Position numbers and translations under genes: made by a program. Shown one piece after another: positions 9,948-18,711 of a stretch of DNA of 32,000 nucleotides (positions within the stretch are counted from its first letter, which is position 1; each line of letters starts with the position of its first letter). The stretch spans positions 2,310,001 to 2,342,000 of the forward strand of contig NC_009664.2 of the NCBI RefSeq assembly GCF_000017305.1, given 5' to 3'. This DNA is from Kineococcus radiotolerans SRS30216 = ATCC BAA-149. Its GTDB lineage: Bacteria; Actinomycetota; Actinomycetes; Actinomycetales; Kineococcaceae. Below the pieces are notes generated by a model. That model was not told the origin of the DNA, searched no databases, and worked only from the letters and a program-made list of their open reading frames with translations.

Positions 9948-10261
9948 CGAGGGGATGCGCGAGATGACCGTCGCAGCACCTCGAGGCGGGTGCGGGCGTC
10001 GGTACGTCGAGCGGGACCGTAACAACGGCGACCGCCACCGTTCAAGTGGCGGCCTCCCAGACGACGTCCGGCCGCTACGCCGCGCCGGTCCCTGCGGGCC
10101 GGGCGGCACCGTTCGAGGACCGCGGCCGCAGCGGGGCGTCTCCCACCGGACCTGGGACGAACGCTACCTTCCTCCCGTCACCCGCACAGCCCCGTCGCCG
10201 GGGCTGTGGACGGCTGGAAGGGGCCCGACACCCCCGGAGCCGGGGTCCGTGCCCGCGCGCT

Positions 10262-10291
10262 TTGACCCGGGTCGGTCCGGGACCGTACTCT
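10262..10291 (+). promoter_or_regulatory. Candidate housekeeping-type promoter for the rpmH-rnpA-yidD-yidC operon
   Basis: TTGACC (10262-10267), an 18-nt spacer, then TACTCT (10286-10291, fits TANNNT), ~100 nt upstream of the rpmH GTG. Confidence 0.45.
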
Positions 10292-10389
10292 GCTGGGGAT
10301 TGTGCTCCGCATCGCCGCCCGTCCCGGTCGTCCGGGTCACGGTCCGGCAGTCCGGCGGGGCCCGCCCGCACGAGTCCTGGAGTTCTGAC

Positions 10390-10527
10390 GTGAGCAAGCG
10401 CACCTTCCAGCCGAACAACCGTCGTCGCGCCAAGGTGCACGGTTTCCGTCTCCGCATGCGCACCCGCGCCGGCCGCGCCATCCTCTCGGCGCGTCGCACC
10501 AAGGGCCGCGCCCAGATCTCGGCCTGA
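10390..10527 (+). CDS. rpmH: 50S ribosomal protein L34
   Basis: [45 protein letters not shown] (45 aa). GTG 10390 has GGAG 7 nt upstream. It is the tail of track ORF 9805..10527. Confidence 0.95.
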   Translation: MSKRTFQPNNRRRAKVHGFRLRMRTRAGRAILSARRTKGRAQISA

Positions 10528-10546
10528 CGCCGCTCCCCCAGCCCGC

Positions 10547-10909
10547 GTGCTGTCCGCGGAGCACCGCCTTCGCCACAAGGACGACTTCACCGTCGCCCTG
10601 AAGAACGGTGCGCGTGCTGGGACCCGCCGCCTGGTCCTGCACTGGGCGGTGACCGACCGAGCCCACCCCACCCGGGTGGGCTTCGTCGTGTCCAAGGCCG
10701 TGGGGGGTTCGGTCGTCCGGCACCGCACGCAGCGCCGGTTGCGCCACGTCGCCGCCGGACGGCTGACCACCCTGCCCGCCCTGGGCGGTCTGCTGGTCGT
10801 CCGCGCCCTCCCGGCGGCCGGGACGGCCACGTCGGCCGAACTGGCGGTCGACGTCGACCGCGGGCTGCGGCGGCTGGGTCTGGTCGCCACCGGCGCCGGT
10901 GATGGCTGA
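10547..10909 (+). CDS. rnpA: Ribonuclease P protein component
   Basis: 120 aa and basic, with [13 protein letters not shown]...[24 protein letters not shown] (RNR-like motif). Canonical position after rpmH. Confidence 0.9.
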
Positions 10910-11177
10910 CCGTCGCCCGTGGCACCCGCTGCGCTGGCCGGCGCTGCTGCTGGTGGGCCTGGTCCGGGTCTACCAGCTCCTCGTGTCGCCCCTGCTGGGG
11001 CCGACCTGCCGCTTCTACCCCTCGTGCTCCGCCTACGCCGTCGAGGCGCTGAGGACGCGCGGTGCTCTCGTCGGGACCTGGCTCGCCGTCCGACGACTCT
11101 TCCGCTGCCACCCGTGGAACCCTGGTGGAGTGGACCCCGTTCCGCCGAAGGGCCACTCGCGGGTGAAGGCCCCGTGA
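10899..11177 (+). CDS. yidD: Membrane protein insertion efficiency factor YidD
   Basis: [35 protein letters not shown]...[17 protein letters not shown] is the YidD signature. It overlaps the rnpA end by 11 nt. Confidence 0.9.
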
Positions 11178-11208
11178 GCCCGACCCCTGTGAGAGGACAA
11201 ACCGCACG

Positions 11209-12222
11209 ATGATCGACTTCTTCTACGACCTGCTCTACCCCATCCAGTGGGTGGTCGCGTGGATCATGGTGCGCTTCCACGACGCCCTCACCTTCGTCGG
11301 CCTCGACCCCGCCGGCGGCGCGGCGTGGTCGCTCTCGATCGTCGGCCTGGTGGTCGTGATCCGCATCCTGCTGATCCCGCTCTTCGTCAAGCAGATCAAG
11401 GCCATGCGCGGGATGCAGGTCATCCAGCCCGAGATGCGCAAGATCCAGGCGAAGTACAAGGGCAAGAACGACCCGGCCAGCCGCCAGGCCATGCAGCAGG
11501 AGATGATGGCGCTCTACCGCGAGTCGGGCACCAACCCGATGGCGAGCTGCCTGCCGATCCTGCTCCAGTCCCCCATCTTCCTGGCGCTGTTCCACACCCT
11601 GAACGGCATCGGCAAGGGCGAGACGGTCGGCCCGCTGGACCGCACCCTGGTCGACCAGGCCGACAACGCGACGATCTTCGGCTCGCAGCTGTCGGACATC
11701 TTCATGAAGTCGTGGTCGACGGGCGAGTGGAACACGATCATCCTCACCGCGGTGATGATCGTCCTGATGTCGCTGTCGCAGTTCGTCACGCAGAAGCAGC
11801 TGATGGCGAAGAACACCTCCTCGGCGTCGATGGAGGGCAACCCCTTCGCGCAGCAGCAGAAGATGATGCTGTACATCCTCCCGGTCATCTTCGCGGTCTC
11901 CGGCGTCAACTTCCCCATCGGTGTCCTCCTCTACTGGCTCACCACGAACGTCTGGTCCATGGGCCAGCAGTTCTTCGTGATCCGGCGCATGCCGAACCCC
12001 GGTTCGCTCGCCGAGAAGGAGCTCCAGGAGCGCAAGGCTCGTCGTGCCGCCCGTCGCGGCCAGGTCCTGACCACCGACACGAGCGCGCCCGCGGTGGGCA
12101 CGACGGCCGAGCACACGACGAACGCTCCGGCCCGTCGTCAGCGTCAGCAGCCCAAGCGCGGGGCCAGCCGGGAGCAGCGACGCCCGGGCGGCCCGCGCTC
12201 CAGCCAGGGCCCCAACCGCTGA
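11209..12222 (+). CDS. yidC: Membrane protein insertase YidC/Oxa1 family
   Basis: 337 aa, with ILLIPLFVKQIKAMRGMQVIQPEMRKIQAKYKGK...NPMASCLPILLQSPIFLALF, multiple TM segments and a basic C-tail. Confidence 0.92.
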   Translation: MIDFFYDLLYPIQWVVAWIMVRFHDALTFVGLDPAGGAAWSLSIVGLVVVIRILLIPLFVKQIKAMRGMQVIQPEMRKIQAKYKGKNDPASRQAMQQEMMALYRESGTNPMASCLPILLQSPIFLALFHTLNGIGKGETVGPLDRTLVDQADNATIFGSQLSDIFMKSWSTGEWNTIILTAVMIVLMSLSQFVTQKQLMAKNTSSASMEGNPFAQQQKMMLYILPVIFAVSGVNFPIGVLLYWLTTNVWSMGQQFFVIRRMPNPGSLAEKELQERKARRAARRGQVLTTDTSAPAVGTTAEHTTNAPARRQRQQPKRGASREQRRPGGPRSSQGPNR

Positions 12223-12264
12223 CCACCCCCAGAGCCAGCTCCACAGCCAGACCCAGGAGGACGT

Positions 12265-12861
12265 GTGAACGACACGACGGAAGCGCTCGAGGCGACCCCG
12301 GCGGACGAGACCGAGGCCACCGACGCCCCCAGCGCCGACGAGGCCCCGAAGCGCGGGACGTCGAAGTCCCGGCTCGAGGAGGAGGGCGACATCGCCGCCG
12401 ACTACCTCGAGGAACTGCTGGACATCGTCGACCTCGACGGGGACATCGACATCGACATCGAGAACGGCCGCGCGTCCGTGGCCATCGTGGCGGACGAGCC
12501 CGGGACGCCGGCGCTGTCGCGGCTCGTCGGGCCCGACGGGGAGGTCCTCGAAGCCCTCCAGGAGCTGACCCGCCTCGCCGTCCAGGCCCAGACCGGGGAC
12601 CGGACCCGCCTCATGCTCGACGTCGCGGGTCACCGGCTCACCAAGCGCGGTGCCCTGGTCCGCCTGGCGGGCGAGGTGGTGGCCCGCGTGCGCACCAGCG
12701 GGGCGGCCGAGCGCCTGGACCCGATGCCGGCCTTCGAGCGCAAGGTCGTCCACGACGCGGTTGCCGCGGCCGGTCTGCTCAGCGAGTCGGAGGGCGAGGA
12801 GCCCCACCGTCGGGTCGTCGTGCTGCCGGCGGCGCTGGACCCCCAGGAGAGCAGCGACTGA
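12265..12861 (+). CDS. jag: Jag/KhpB-type KH + R3H RNA-binding protein
   Basis: 198 aa. AGGAGG lies 4 nt before GTG 12265. It has an acidic N-terminus and a C-terminal R3H-like segment LDPMPAFERKVVHDAVAAAGLLSESEGEEPHRRVVV. Canonical yidC-jag-rsmG order. Confidence 0.85.
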   Translation: MNDTTEALEATPADETEATDAPSADEAPKRGTSKSRLEEEGDIAADYLEELLDIVDLDGDIDIDIENGRASVAIVADEPGTPALSRLVGPDGEVLEALQELTRLAVQAQTGDRTRLMLDVAGHRLTKRGALVRLAGEVVARVRTSGAAERLDPMPAFERKVVHDAVAAAGLLSESEGEEPHRRVVVLPAALDPQESSD

Positions 12862-12896
12862 CCTGGAGGACGCACCCCGGCCGATAGGGTGACGGG

Positions 12897-13673
12897 GTGT
12901 CTGATGAGGTGCCTGAGGGCGATGGTGTTCCACGTGAAACACCATCGCCCTCCGTCGTTCCCGAGAGTCCCGTCGAGGTCCCGGTGGAGGCGGTGGCCAG
13001 AGTCTTCGGGGACCGGGCCGACCGCGCCGCGACCTACCGGGAGCTCCTCGCCACCGCCGGCGTGGAGCGGGGTCTGATCGGGCCGCGTGAGGTTCCGCGG
13101 CTGTGGGATCGCCACCTCCTGAACTGCGCGTACCTGGGGGAGGTCATCGACCAGGGGTCCTCCGTCATCGACCTCGGCTCCGGAGCCGGCCTCCCGGGCA
13201 TCCCGCTGGCCCTGGCCCGCCCCGACCTGCAGATCCGGCTCGTCGAGCCCCTGGAGCGTCGCTACACCTTCCTCCGGGAGGCCATCACCGAGCTCGGCCT
13301 CCGGGACCAGGTGGCGGTCGCCCGCGGGCGAGCGGAGGACGTCCGGGGCGAGTTCTCCGCGTCGGTGGTGACGGCCCGTGCGGTGGCCCCGCTGAAGACG
13401 CTGTACGGCTGGGCCCTGCCGCTGGTGGTCACCGGTGGGCACCTGGTGGCCATCAAGGGCCGGAGCGCCTCCGACGAGATCGCGGCCGCGGGGGAGACAC
13501 TGCGACAGATGGGTGTCACCGCGGCTCCCGAGGTGTTGAGCGTCGGTCCTGACGACGGCACCGGGACGACCGTGGTGCGAGTGGCCCGGGGACACGGCCC
13601 GCTGCGAGCGGCGACGGCCCCGGCCCCTCCCGGGGCGGCCAAGCGCCGACCCGGCAAGGGCAACCGGCGATGA
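12897..13673 (+). CDS. rsmG: 16S rRNA (guanine527-N7)-methyltransferase RsmG (GidB)
   Basis: GVERGLIGPREVPRLWDRHLLNC, SAM motif VIDLGSGAGLPGIPLA, and RGRAED. The start is uncertain: GTG 12897, or GTG 12984/12993 downstream of the parS site. GC3 is low in the first ~15 codons. Confidence 0.88.
   Translation: MSDEVPEGDGVPRETPSPSVVPESPVEVPVEAVARVFGDRADRAATYRELLATAGVERGLIGPREVPRLWDRHLLNCAYLGEVIDQGSSVIDLGSGAGLPGIPLALARPDLQIRLVEPLERRYTFLREAITELGLRDQVAVARGRAEDVRGEFSASVVTARAVAPLKTLYGWALPLVVTGGHLVAIKGRSASDEIAAAGETLRQMGVTAAPEVLSVGPDDGTGTTVVRVARGHGPLRAATAPAPPGAAKRRPGKGNRR
12926..12941. other. parS: parS site tGTTCCACGTGAAACa (one mismatch to the canonical 16-mer), centre of a 26-bp near-palindrome
   Basis: Read directly. 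It is embedded in GATGGTGTTCCACGTGAAACACCATC (12921-12946) and translated as GVPRET in the rsmG ORF. Confidence 0.8.
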
Positions 13674-15082
13674 ACGAAGAGAGGGAACAGCGCGTGACGC
13701 AGCTGGGCTGGTTCGGAAGCTCGCGATCCGCAGCGGGGGACCAGGGTCACCTGGGGTGGGTGTCGACCACCCGCCCGACCGCAGCGACCCCCACCGAAGC
13801 CGCTGCTGACGTTTCACGTGGAACCACCCCGGTCCTCGAGGACCTGCGCGTCGTGCCGAACGAGGACCTCTCCCCCCGGGAGGTGGACGATCCCCAGGAC
13901 GCCGAGGTCGATGTTCCACGTGAAACCGAGACTGATGTTCCACGTGAAACGGCTCCCCCGGCCCCGATCTTCACCGGCGTCCCTGTGCCGACGGAGGAGC
14001 AGTCCCGTGACGAGACCATTGATGTTCCACGTGAAACGCCTCCCCCTGCTTCCGTCCTGACGGCGGTGGAGGAGCCCGACGACGACGTGGTGGGCGACGA
14101 CCTCGGCGCGGTTCCACGTGAAACGTCGCGTTCGGCCGTCGTGGAGCGGTTCCCGCTCCCCACAGAGACCCGCGTCATGACCATCGCCAACCAGAAGGGC
14201 GGCGTGGGGAAGACGACGACGGCGGTCAACATCGCCTCCGCCCTCGCCGCGGCGGGCCTCAAGGTCCTGGTGCTCGACCTGGACCCGCAGGGCAACGCCT
14301 CCACGGCCCTGGGGATCGAGCACCACGCGGACGTCCCCGGCGTCTACGAGGTGCTCGTGGAGGGCAAGCCGCTGGCCGATGTCGTGCAGCGGTGCGAGGA
14401 GGCGCCCGATCTGTGGTGCGCGCCCGCCACGGTGGACCTCGCCGGCGCCGAGATCGAGCTGGTCTCGATGGTGGCCCGGGAGTCGCGCCTGCAGCGCGCG
14501 GTGGCGAAGTACCTCAAGGGGCTGGAGCGCGCCGGTGAGCGCCGGGTGGACTACGTCCTCATCGACTGCCCGCCCAGCCTCGGGCTGCTCACCATCAACG
14601 CCTTCGTCGCGGCGCCCGAGGTCCTCATCCCCATCCAGTGCGAGTACTACGCCCTGGAGGGCCTCAGCCAGCTCCTCGCCAACATCGAGCTGATCCAGGA
14701 GCACCTCAACCCGGACCTCTCGGTCACGACGATCCTGCTGACGATGTACGACGGCCGCACCCGGCTCGCCGCGCAGGTCGTGGACGAGGTCCGGCAGCAC
14801 TTCGGGCCGCAGGTGCTGCGGTCGCTGATCCCGCGCTCCGTGCGCATCTCCGAGGCGCCCAGCCACGGTCAGACGGTGATGGCCTACGACCCGATGTCCT
14901 CGGGGGCGCTGGCCTACCTGGAGGCCGCGCGGGAGATCGCCCAGCGTGGCGTGCACGAAACCCCGGAGCCGGCGCGGGATGCTGCCGTGGGAGCGCCCCC
15001 CGACGTGGCGGACCCCTGGGCACGGTGGACTGGTGGAACGGTGGCGCGACGCGGGTTCGCGTCGAAGGAAGGTGGAGCGTGA
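13670..15082 (+). CDS. parA: Chromosome partitioning ATPase ParA/Soj with a long acidic/Pro-rich N-terminal extension
   Basis: Deviant Walker [33 protein letters not shown] and [12 protein letters not shown] 13670 overlaps the rsmG stop (ATGA). High GC3 in this frame across the extension supports the long form. The shortest possible start is ATG 14177. Confidence 0.88.
   Translation: MNEEREQRVTQLGWFGSSRSAAGDQGHLGWVSTTRPTAATPTEAAADVSRGTTPVLEDLRVVPNEDLSPREVDDPQDAEVDVPRETETDVPRETAPPAPIFTGVPVPTEEQSRDETIDVPRETPPPASVLTAVEEPDDDVVGDDLGAVPRETSRSAVVERFPLPTETRVMTIANQKGGVGKTTTAVNIASALAAAGLKVLVLDLDPQGNASTALGIEHHADVPGVYEVLVEGKPLADVVQRCEEAPDLWCAPATVDLAGAEIELVSMVARESRLQRAVAKYLKGLERAGERRVDYVLIDCPPSLGLLTINAFVAAPEVLIPIQCEYYALEGLSQLLANIELIQEHLNPDLSVTTILLTMYDGRTRLAAQVVDEVRQHFGPQVLRSLIPRSVRISEAPSHGQTVMAYDPMSSGALAYLEAAREIAQRGVHETPEPARDAAVGAPPDVADPWARWTGGTVARRGFASKEGGA
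13811..13824. other. parS: parS site GTTTCACGTGGAAC (inverted orientation of the local variant)
   Basis: Read directly. In the parA frame it encodes VSRGT. Confidence 0.8.
13913..13926. other. parS: parS site GTTCCACGTGAAAC
   Basis: Read directly (GATGTTCCACGTGAAAC). It encodes DVPRET in the parA frame. Confidence 0.8.
13937..13950. other. parS: parS site GTTCCACGTGAAAC
   Basis: Read directly, 24 bp after the previous site. It encodes DVPRET. Confidence 0.8.
14024..14037. other. parS: parS site GTTCCACGTGAAAC
   Basis: Read directly, 87 bp after the previous site. It encodes DVPRET. Confidence 0.8.
14111..14124. other. parS: parS site GTTCCACGTGAAAC
   Basis: Read directly, 87 bp after the previous site. 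It encodes VPRET. Confidence 0.8.
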
Positions 15083-16311
15083 GCGAGAAGCGGCGTGGAC
15101 TCGGACGCGGACTCGGTGCGCTGATCCCGAGCAGCGGTCCCACCACCACGAGCCGGGGCGGGCTGGCGACGATCCCCCCGGCGATGCGGACGGGTGGCCG
15201 TCCGGTGGATGTCTTCTTCGACCAGCGCCAGGAGCTCGTCGACATCCCCGACACCCCGGAGGACGTCGTCGAGGAGCGCCTCGACGACCTCGCCGTCGTG
15301 ACCACGGAGGGGCCCGACGCGGAGGCGCCCGAGGTGGAGGCGCTGGAGGTCGAGGTGGTCGCGGAGGCGACGCCCACCCCCGCACCCGCCGAGGACGCCG
15401 CTGCGGCGACCTCCGTCCCCGAGGACGCCCCGGCGGCCCCGGCTGACGACGTGACCGCAGCGCAGCCCTCCGCGGTCGACGACGGCCTGGTGGACGTCCC
15501 CGGGGCCCGCTTCGCCGAGGTGCCGGTCACCTCGATCGTCCCCAACCCCCGCCAGCCGCGGACGGTGTTCGACGAGGACGACCTCTCCGAGCTCGTCCAC
15601 TCCATCCGCGAGATCGGCGTCCTGCAGCCCGTCGTCGTCCGCGCCGTGGAGCCGGCCGAGGACGGCGTCGCCCGCTTCGAGCTCGTCATGGGCGAGCGTC
15701 GCTGGCGGGCCGCGACCGAGGCCGGCCTCGCGGCCATCCCCGCGATCGTGCGGGAGACCGCCGACGACGACCTGCTGCGGGACGCGCTGCTCGAGAACCT
15801 GCACCGCAGCCAGCTGAACCCCCTGGAGGAGGCGGCGGCCTACCAGCAGCTGCTCGACGACTTCGGCTGCACGCACGAGGAGCTCGCCTCGCGCATCGGC
15901 CGGTCCCGCCCGCAGATCAGCAACACCCTGCGCCTCATGAAGCTGCCCCCGCTGGTCCAGCGGCGGGTGGCCGCCGGCGTCATCAGCGCGGGCCACGCCC
16001 GGGCCCTGCTGTCCCTGGAGGACGGCGCGGCGATGGAGCGGCTCGCGCAGCGGATCGTCGCGGAGGGCCTGTCCGTTCGCGCGGTCGAGGAGATCATCGC
16101 CCTCGGCGACGCGGACCACGAACCTCGCCGCCGCAACCCCGCGCGGCCGCAGCCGGAGCTCGACAGCCGCGCCTCCACGCTGGCCGACCGGCTCGACACC
16201 CGGGTCAAGATCAGCATGGGCCGCACCCGGGGACGGGTCACGGTCGACTTCGCCGGTCTGGAGGACCTGGACCGCATCCTGCGGCTGCTGGACGCCACAC
16301 CGGCCCCGTGA
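15079..16311 (+). CDS. parB: Chromosome partitioning protein ParB (CTPase clamp, parS-binding)
   Basis: [18 protein letters not shown]-terminal peptide, GERRWRA box, HTH ([25 protein letters not shown]), and an acidic linker. GTG 15079 overlaps the parA stop (GTGA) and has GAAGGAAGGTGGAG upstream. Confidence 0.92.
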   Translation: MSEKRRGLGRGLGALIPSSGPTTTSRGGLATIPPAMRTGGRPVDVFFDQRQELVDIPDTPEDVVEERLDDLAVVTTEGPDAEAPEVEALEVEVVAEATPTPAPAEDAAAATSVPEDAPAAPADDVTAAQPSAVDDGLVDVPGARFAEVPVTSIVPNPRQPRTVFDEDDLSELVHSIREIGVLQPVVVRAVEPAEDGVARFELVMGERRWRAATEAGLAAIPAIVRETADDDLLRDALLENLHRSQLNPLEEAAAYQQLLDDFGCTHEELASRIGRSRPQISNTLRLMKLPPLVQRRVAAGVISAGHARALLSLEDGAAMERLAQRIVAEGLSVRAVEEIIALGDADHEPRRRNPARPQPELDSRASTLADRLDTRVKISMGRTRGRVTVDFAGLEDLDRILRLLDATPAP

Positions 16312-16315
16312 ACCC

Positions 16316-16354
16316 GGGCGGCGCACCGGTGACCCGGATCCCGGTGCGCCGCCC
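16316..16354 (+). terminator. Hairpin terminator candidate after parB
   Basis: Perfect 14-bp stem GGGCGGCGCACCGG (16316-16329) / CCGGTGCGCCGCCC (16341-16354) with an 11-nt loop, 5 nt after the parB stop. There is no U-tract, which is common in GC-rich actinobacteria. Confidence 0.6.
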
Positions 16355-16494
16355 GAACACCGCGTCCCGGCGGGCGCTGCTCGTCGCGCTCCCCGGGACA
16401 GCCACCTAGGATGGTGCCCTCGCACCGTCGAGGTGCGGCCACGTCGTCGAGACGCCACGGGCGGGATGGGGGGCTGGCCCCGGTGGGTCGTCGC

Positions 16495-17145
16495 ATGGCG
16501 CCGTTGACGCTCGACACGGTCGCCGACCTCCCCAAGCAGTCGCGGCAGTGCGTCTTCTGGGAGCTGGACGCCGTCGCCGCGCAGCGCGCGGCCGAGGCCG
16601 GGTACCCCGACTTCGAGAAGGAGGCGTGGATCTCCAGCGTCCTGCTCCAGTGGGGTCCCTGCGGTCGGCTCGTCTACGTCGACGACCAGCCCGCGGGTTT
16701 CGTCGTCTACGCGCCGCCGGTGTACGTCCCGCGGTCGACGGGCTTCCCCACCTCACCGGTCAGCGGTGACGCGGTGCTCCTCACGACGGGCTGGATCGAG
16801 CCCCCGTTCCGCGGCGAGGGGCTGGCCCGGATGCTCCTGCAGGGCGCCGCGAAGGACCTCACCCAGCGCGGGGTGAAGGCCGTGGAGGCGTTCGGCGGGG
16901 GACCGGCCGCCGTCGGCGGCGACGGCCGCGACGACTGCGCCCACGACAGCGACGAGGCCTGCGTGCTGCCCGCGCACCTGCTGGAGTCGGTCGGGTTCAC
17001 CGTCGTCCGCCCCCACCACCGCTACCCGCGGCTGCGGCTGGAGCTGAAGACCGCGCTGAGCTGGCGCGAAGACGTCGAGGCGGCGCTGGAACGGCTGCTC
17101 GCCGGGGTCCGGGTGCAGACCCTCGCCGGCGTCGCCCACCCCTGA
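16495..17145 (+). CDS. GNAT-like acetyltransferase family protein (conserved parB neighbour; Rv3916c position)
   Basis: Core segment LLTTGWIEPPFRGEGLARMLLQGAAKDLTQRGVKAVEAF resembles GNAT motif A. Start is set at ATG 16495 because the track's upstream 28 codons have low GC3. Confidence 0.6.
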   Translation: MAPLTLDTVADLPKQSRQCVFWELDAVAAQRAAEAGYPDFEKEAWISSVLLQWGPCGRLVYVDDQPAGFVVYAPPVYVPRSTGFPTSPVSGDAVLLTTGWIEPPFRGEGLARMLLQGAAKDLTQRGVKAVEAFGGGPAAVGGDGRDDCAHDSDEACVLPAHLLESVGFTVVRPHHRYPRLRLELKTALSWREDVEAALERLLAGVRVQTLAGVAHP

Positions 17146-17149
17146 CACG

Positions 17150-17189
17150 CACGAGCGCCGGCCCCCGGGGACGGGGACCGGCGCTCGTG
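17150..17189. terminator. Bidirectional hairpin terminator candidate between the convergent GNAT gene and trxA
   Basis: Perfect 12-bp stem CACGAGCGCCGG (17150-17161) / CCGGCGCTCGTG (17178-17189). The loop CCCCCGGGGACGGGGA can extend the pairing (CCCC/GGGG). Confidence 0.6.
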
Positions 17190-17199
17190 GAGCGGTGCG

Positions 17200-17526
17200 T
17201 CAGCCGATGAAGTCGCCGAGCTCCTTGAGCAGCACGGGCTTCGGGCGGGCGCCGATGACGGTCTTGACGACCTCGCCGCCGGAGTAGACGTTCAGCGTCG
17301 GGATCGACGTCACGCCGTACTTCGCCGCGATCCGCGGGTTCTCGTCGGTGTTCACCTTCACCACGGTGATCTTGTCGCCGTGCTCGGCGGCGATCTCCTC
17401 GAGGATGGGGGCGACCTGGCGGCACGGGCCGCACCAGGGGGCCCAGAAGTCCACGAGGACGGGCTTGTCGGACTGCAGGACCTCGGCGTCGAAGGTGTCG
17501 TCGGTGACGGGAGCGGTGCTGCTCAC
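17200..17526 (-). CDS. trxA: Thioredoxin
   Basis: 108 aa, [40 protein letters not shown] (WCGPC active site). GTG 17526 has GGAGG 7 nt upstream. It is only the tail of track ORF 17200..18663. Confidence 0.93.
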   Translation of the reverse strand: MSSTAPVTDDTFDAEVLQSDKPVLVDFWAPWCGPCRQVAPILEEIAAEHGDKITVVKVNTDENPRIAAKYGVTSIPTLNVYSGGEVVKTVIGARPKPVLLKELGDFIG

Positions 17527-17552
17527 GGGGGAACCTCCAGGTGGGTGGTGCG

Positions 17553-18593
17553 TCAGGCCCGCGGCTGCGGGCGGTCGGTGGTCTCGGAGTCCGGGACGTC
17601 CGGGGTCTCGGTCTCCTCGCGGGCCGGCTGCGCGTCCAGGCCGGCGTCGCCGCGGGCGGCGAGGTACTTCTCGGCGTCCAGGGCGGCGGAGCAGCCCATC
17701 CCGGCGGCGGTGATGGCCTGCATGTACTCGTGGTCGACGACGTCGCCCGCGGCGAACACCCCGGGGACGTTGGTGCGGGTGCTGCGGCCCTCGACGAGGA
17801 CGAAGCCGTTCTCGTCCAGGTCGACCTGCCCCTTCACGAGGTCGGTGCGCGGTTCGTGGCCGATGGCGATGAACAGCCCCGTCGCCGGGATCTCGCGGGT
17901 CTCCCCGGTCACGGTGTCGCGCAGCGTGAGCCCCTCGACCTTGTCCCCGCCGAGGATGCCGGTGACCTCGGAGTTCCAGGCGAAGCGGATCTTCGGGTTG
18001 TCCTCGGCGCGCTTGCGCATGATCCGCGAGGCGCGCAGTTCGTCGCGGCGGTGCACGATCGTCACGGTGCGGGCGAAGCGGGTGAGGAAGGTGGCCTCTT
18101 CGACCGCGGAGTCCCCGCCGCCGACGACGACGATGTCCTGCTCGCGGAAGAAGAACCCGTCGCAGGTCGCGCACCAGCTGACCCCGCGCCCGGAGAGGCG
18201 CTTCTCGTCGGGCAGGCCGAGCTGGCGGTACGCCGAGCCCAGGGCGAGGATCACGGCGTGGGCGCGGTACGTCTCGCCGCCACCGGTCACGACCTCCTTG
18301 ACGTCGCCCTCGAGGCGGACGTCGACGACGTCGTCGGTGATCAGCTCGGCGCCGAACCGCTCGGCCTGCTGACGCATGTTGTCCATGAGGTCCGGGCCGA
18401 GGATCCCCTCGGGGAACCCGGGGAAGTTCTCGACCTCGGTGGTGTTCATCAGCGCACCGCCGGCGGTCACCGACCCCTCGAAGACCAGCGGCCGCAGCTC
18501 CGCGCGCGCGGCGTACAGGGCCGCGGTGTACCCCGAGGGGCCCGAACCCACGACGATGACGTTGCGGATCTCGTTCGTGGTGACGTCGCTCAC
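17553..18593 (-). CDS. trxB: Thioredoxin-disulfide reductase
   Basis: FAD motif [19 protein letters not shown], redox-active CATCDG, NADPH motif [13 protein letters not shown] and GVFAAGDV. It has a ~35-aa acidic C-terminal tail. Confidence 0.93.
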   Translation of the reverse strand: MSDVTTNEIRNVIVVGSGPSGYTAALYAARAELRPLVFEGSVTAGGALMNTTEVENFPGFPEGILGPDLMDNMRQQAERFGAELITDDVVDVRLEGDVKEVVTGGGETYRAHAVILALGSAYRQLGLPDEKRLSGRGVSWCATCDGFFFREQDIVVVGGGDSAVEEATFLTRFARTVTIVHRRDELRASRIMRKRAEDNPKIRFAWNSEVTGILGGDKVEGLTLRDTVTGETREIPATGLFIAIGHEPRTDLVKGQVDLDENGFVLVEGRSTRTNVPGVFAAGDVVDHEYMQAITAAGMGCSAALDAEKYLAARGDAGLDAQPAREETETPDVPDSETTDRPQPRA

Positions 18594-18661
18594 CTGTGCG
18601 GCCTGCTTCCTCGGTCGGTGCCCACCCCGTGGTCACGGGGCTCGGGCGGTGCTGCCTCTTC

Positions 18662-18687
18662 AACCGATCGTAGGGGTGCGCTGTTCC
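18662..18687 (-). promoter_or_regulatory. ECF (SigH/SigR-type) promoter candidate upstream of trxB-trxA
   Basis: The minus strand reads GGAAC (18687-18683), exactly 18 nt, then GTT (18664-18662). The remembered SigR/SigH consensus is GGAAT-N18-GTT, and trxBA is a classic target. It lies ~70 nt upstream of the trxB GTG. Confidence 0.5.
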
Positions 18688-18711
18688 CGTCGCCGACCCC
18701 CCGGGCGGGCG

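Noticed and set aside
7843-10038. 731-aa (-) and 534-aa (+, 8418..10022) ORFs over dnaA, and extension of dnaA, dnaN, gyrB and recF to the track's first start codons
   Set aside because: They are out-of-frame or antisense to DnaA. The upstream extensions have low GC3 and Arg-rich junk, run through DnaA boxes, and lack SD sequences. Internal GTG starts with good SDs fit the conserved N-termini.
10075-12945. 956-aa minus-strand ORF spanning rpmH to jag
   Set aside because: It is antisense to five well-recognised plus-strand genes, and its translation is low-complexity Arg/Gly/Ala.
16407-16412. TAGGAT as the -10 of the GNAT-gene promoter
   Set aside because: It fits TANNNT, but there is no credible -35 or extended -10. 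It overlaps the track's doubtful ATG 16411. The evidence is too weak to report as a feature.
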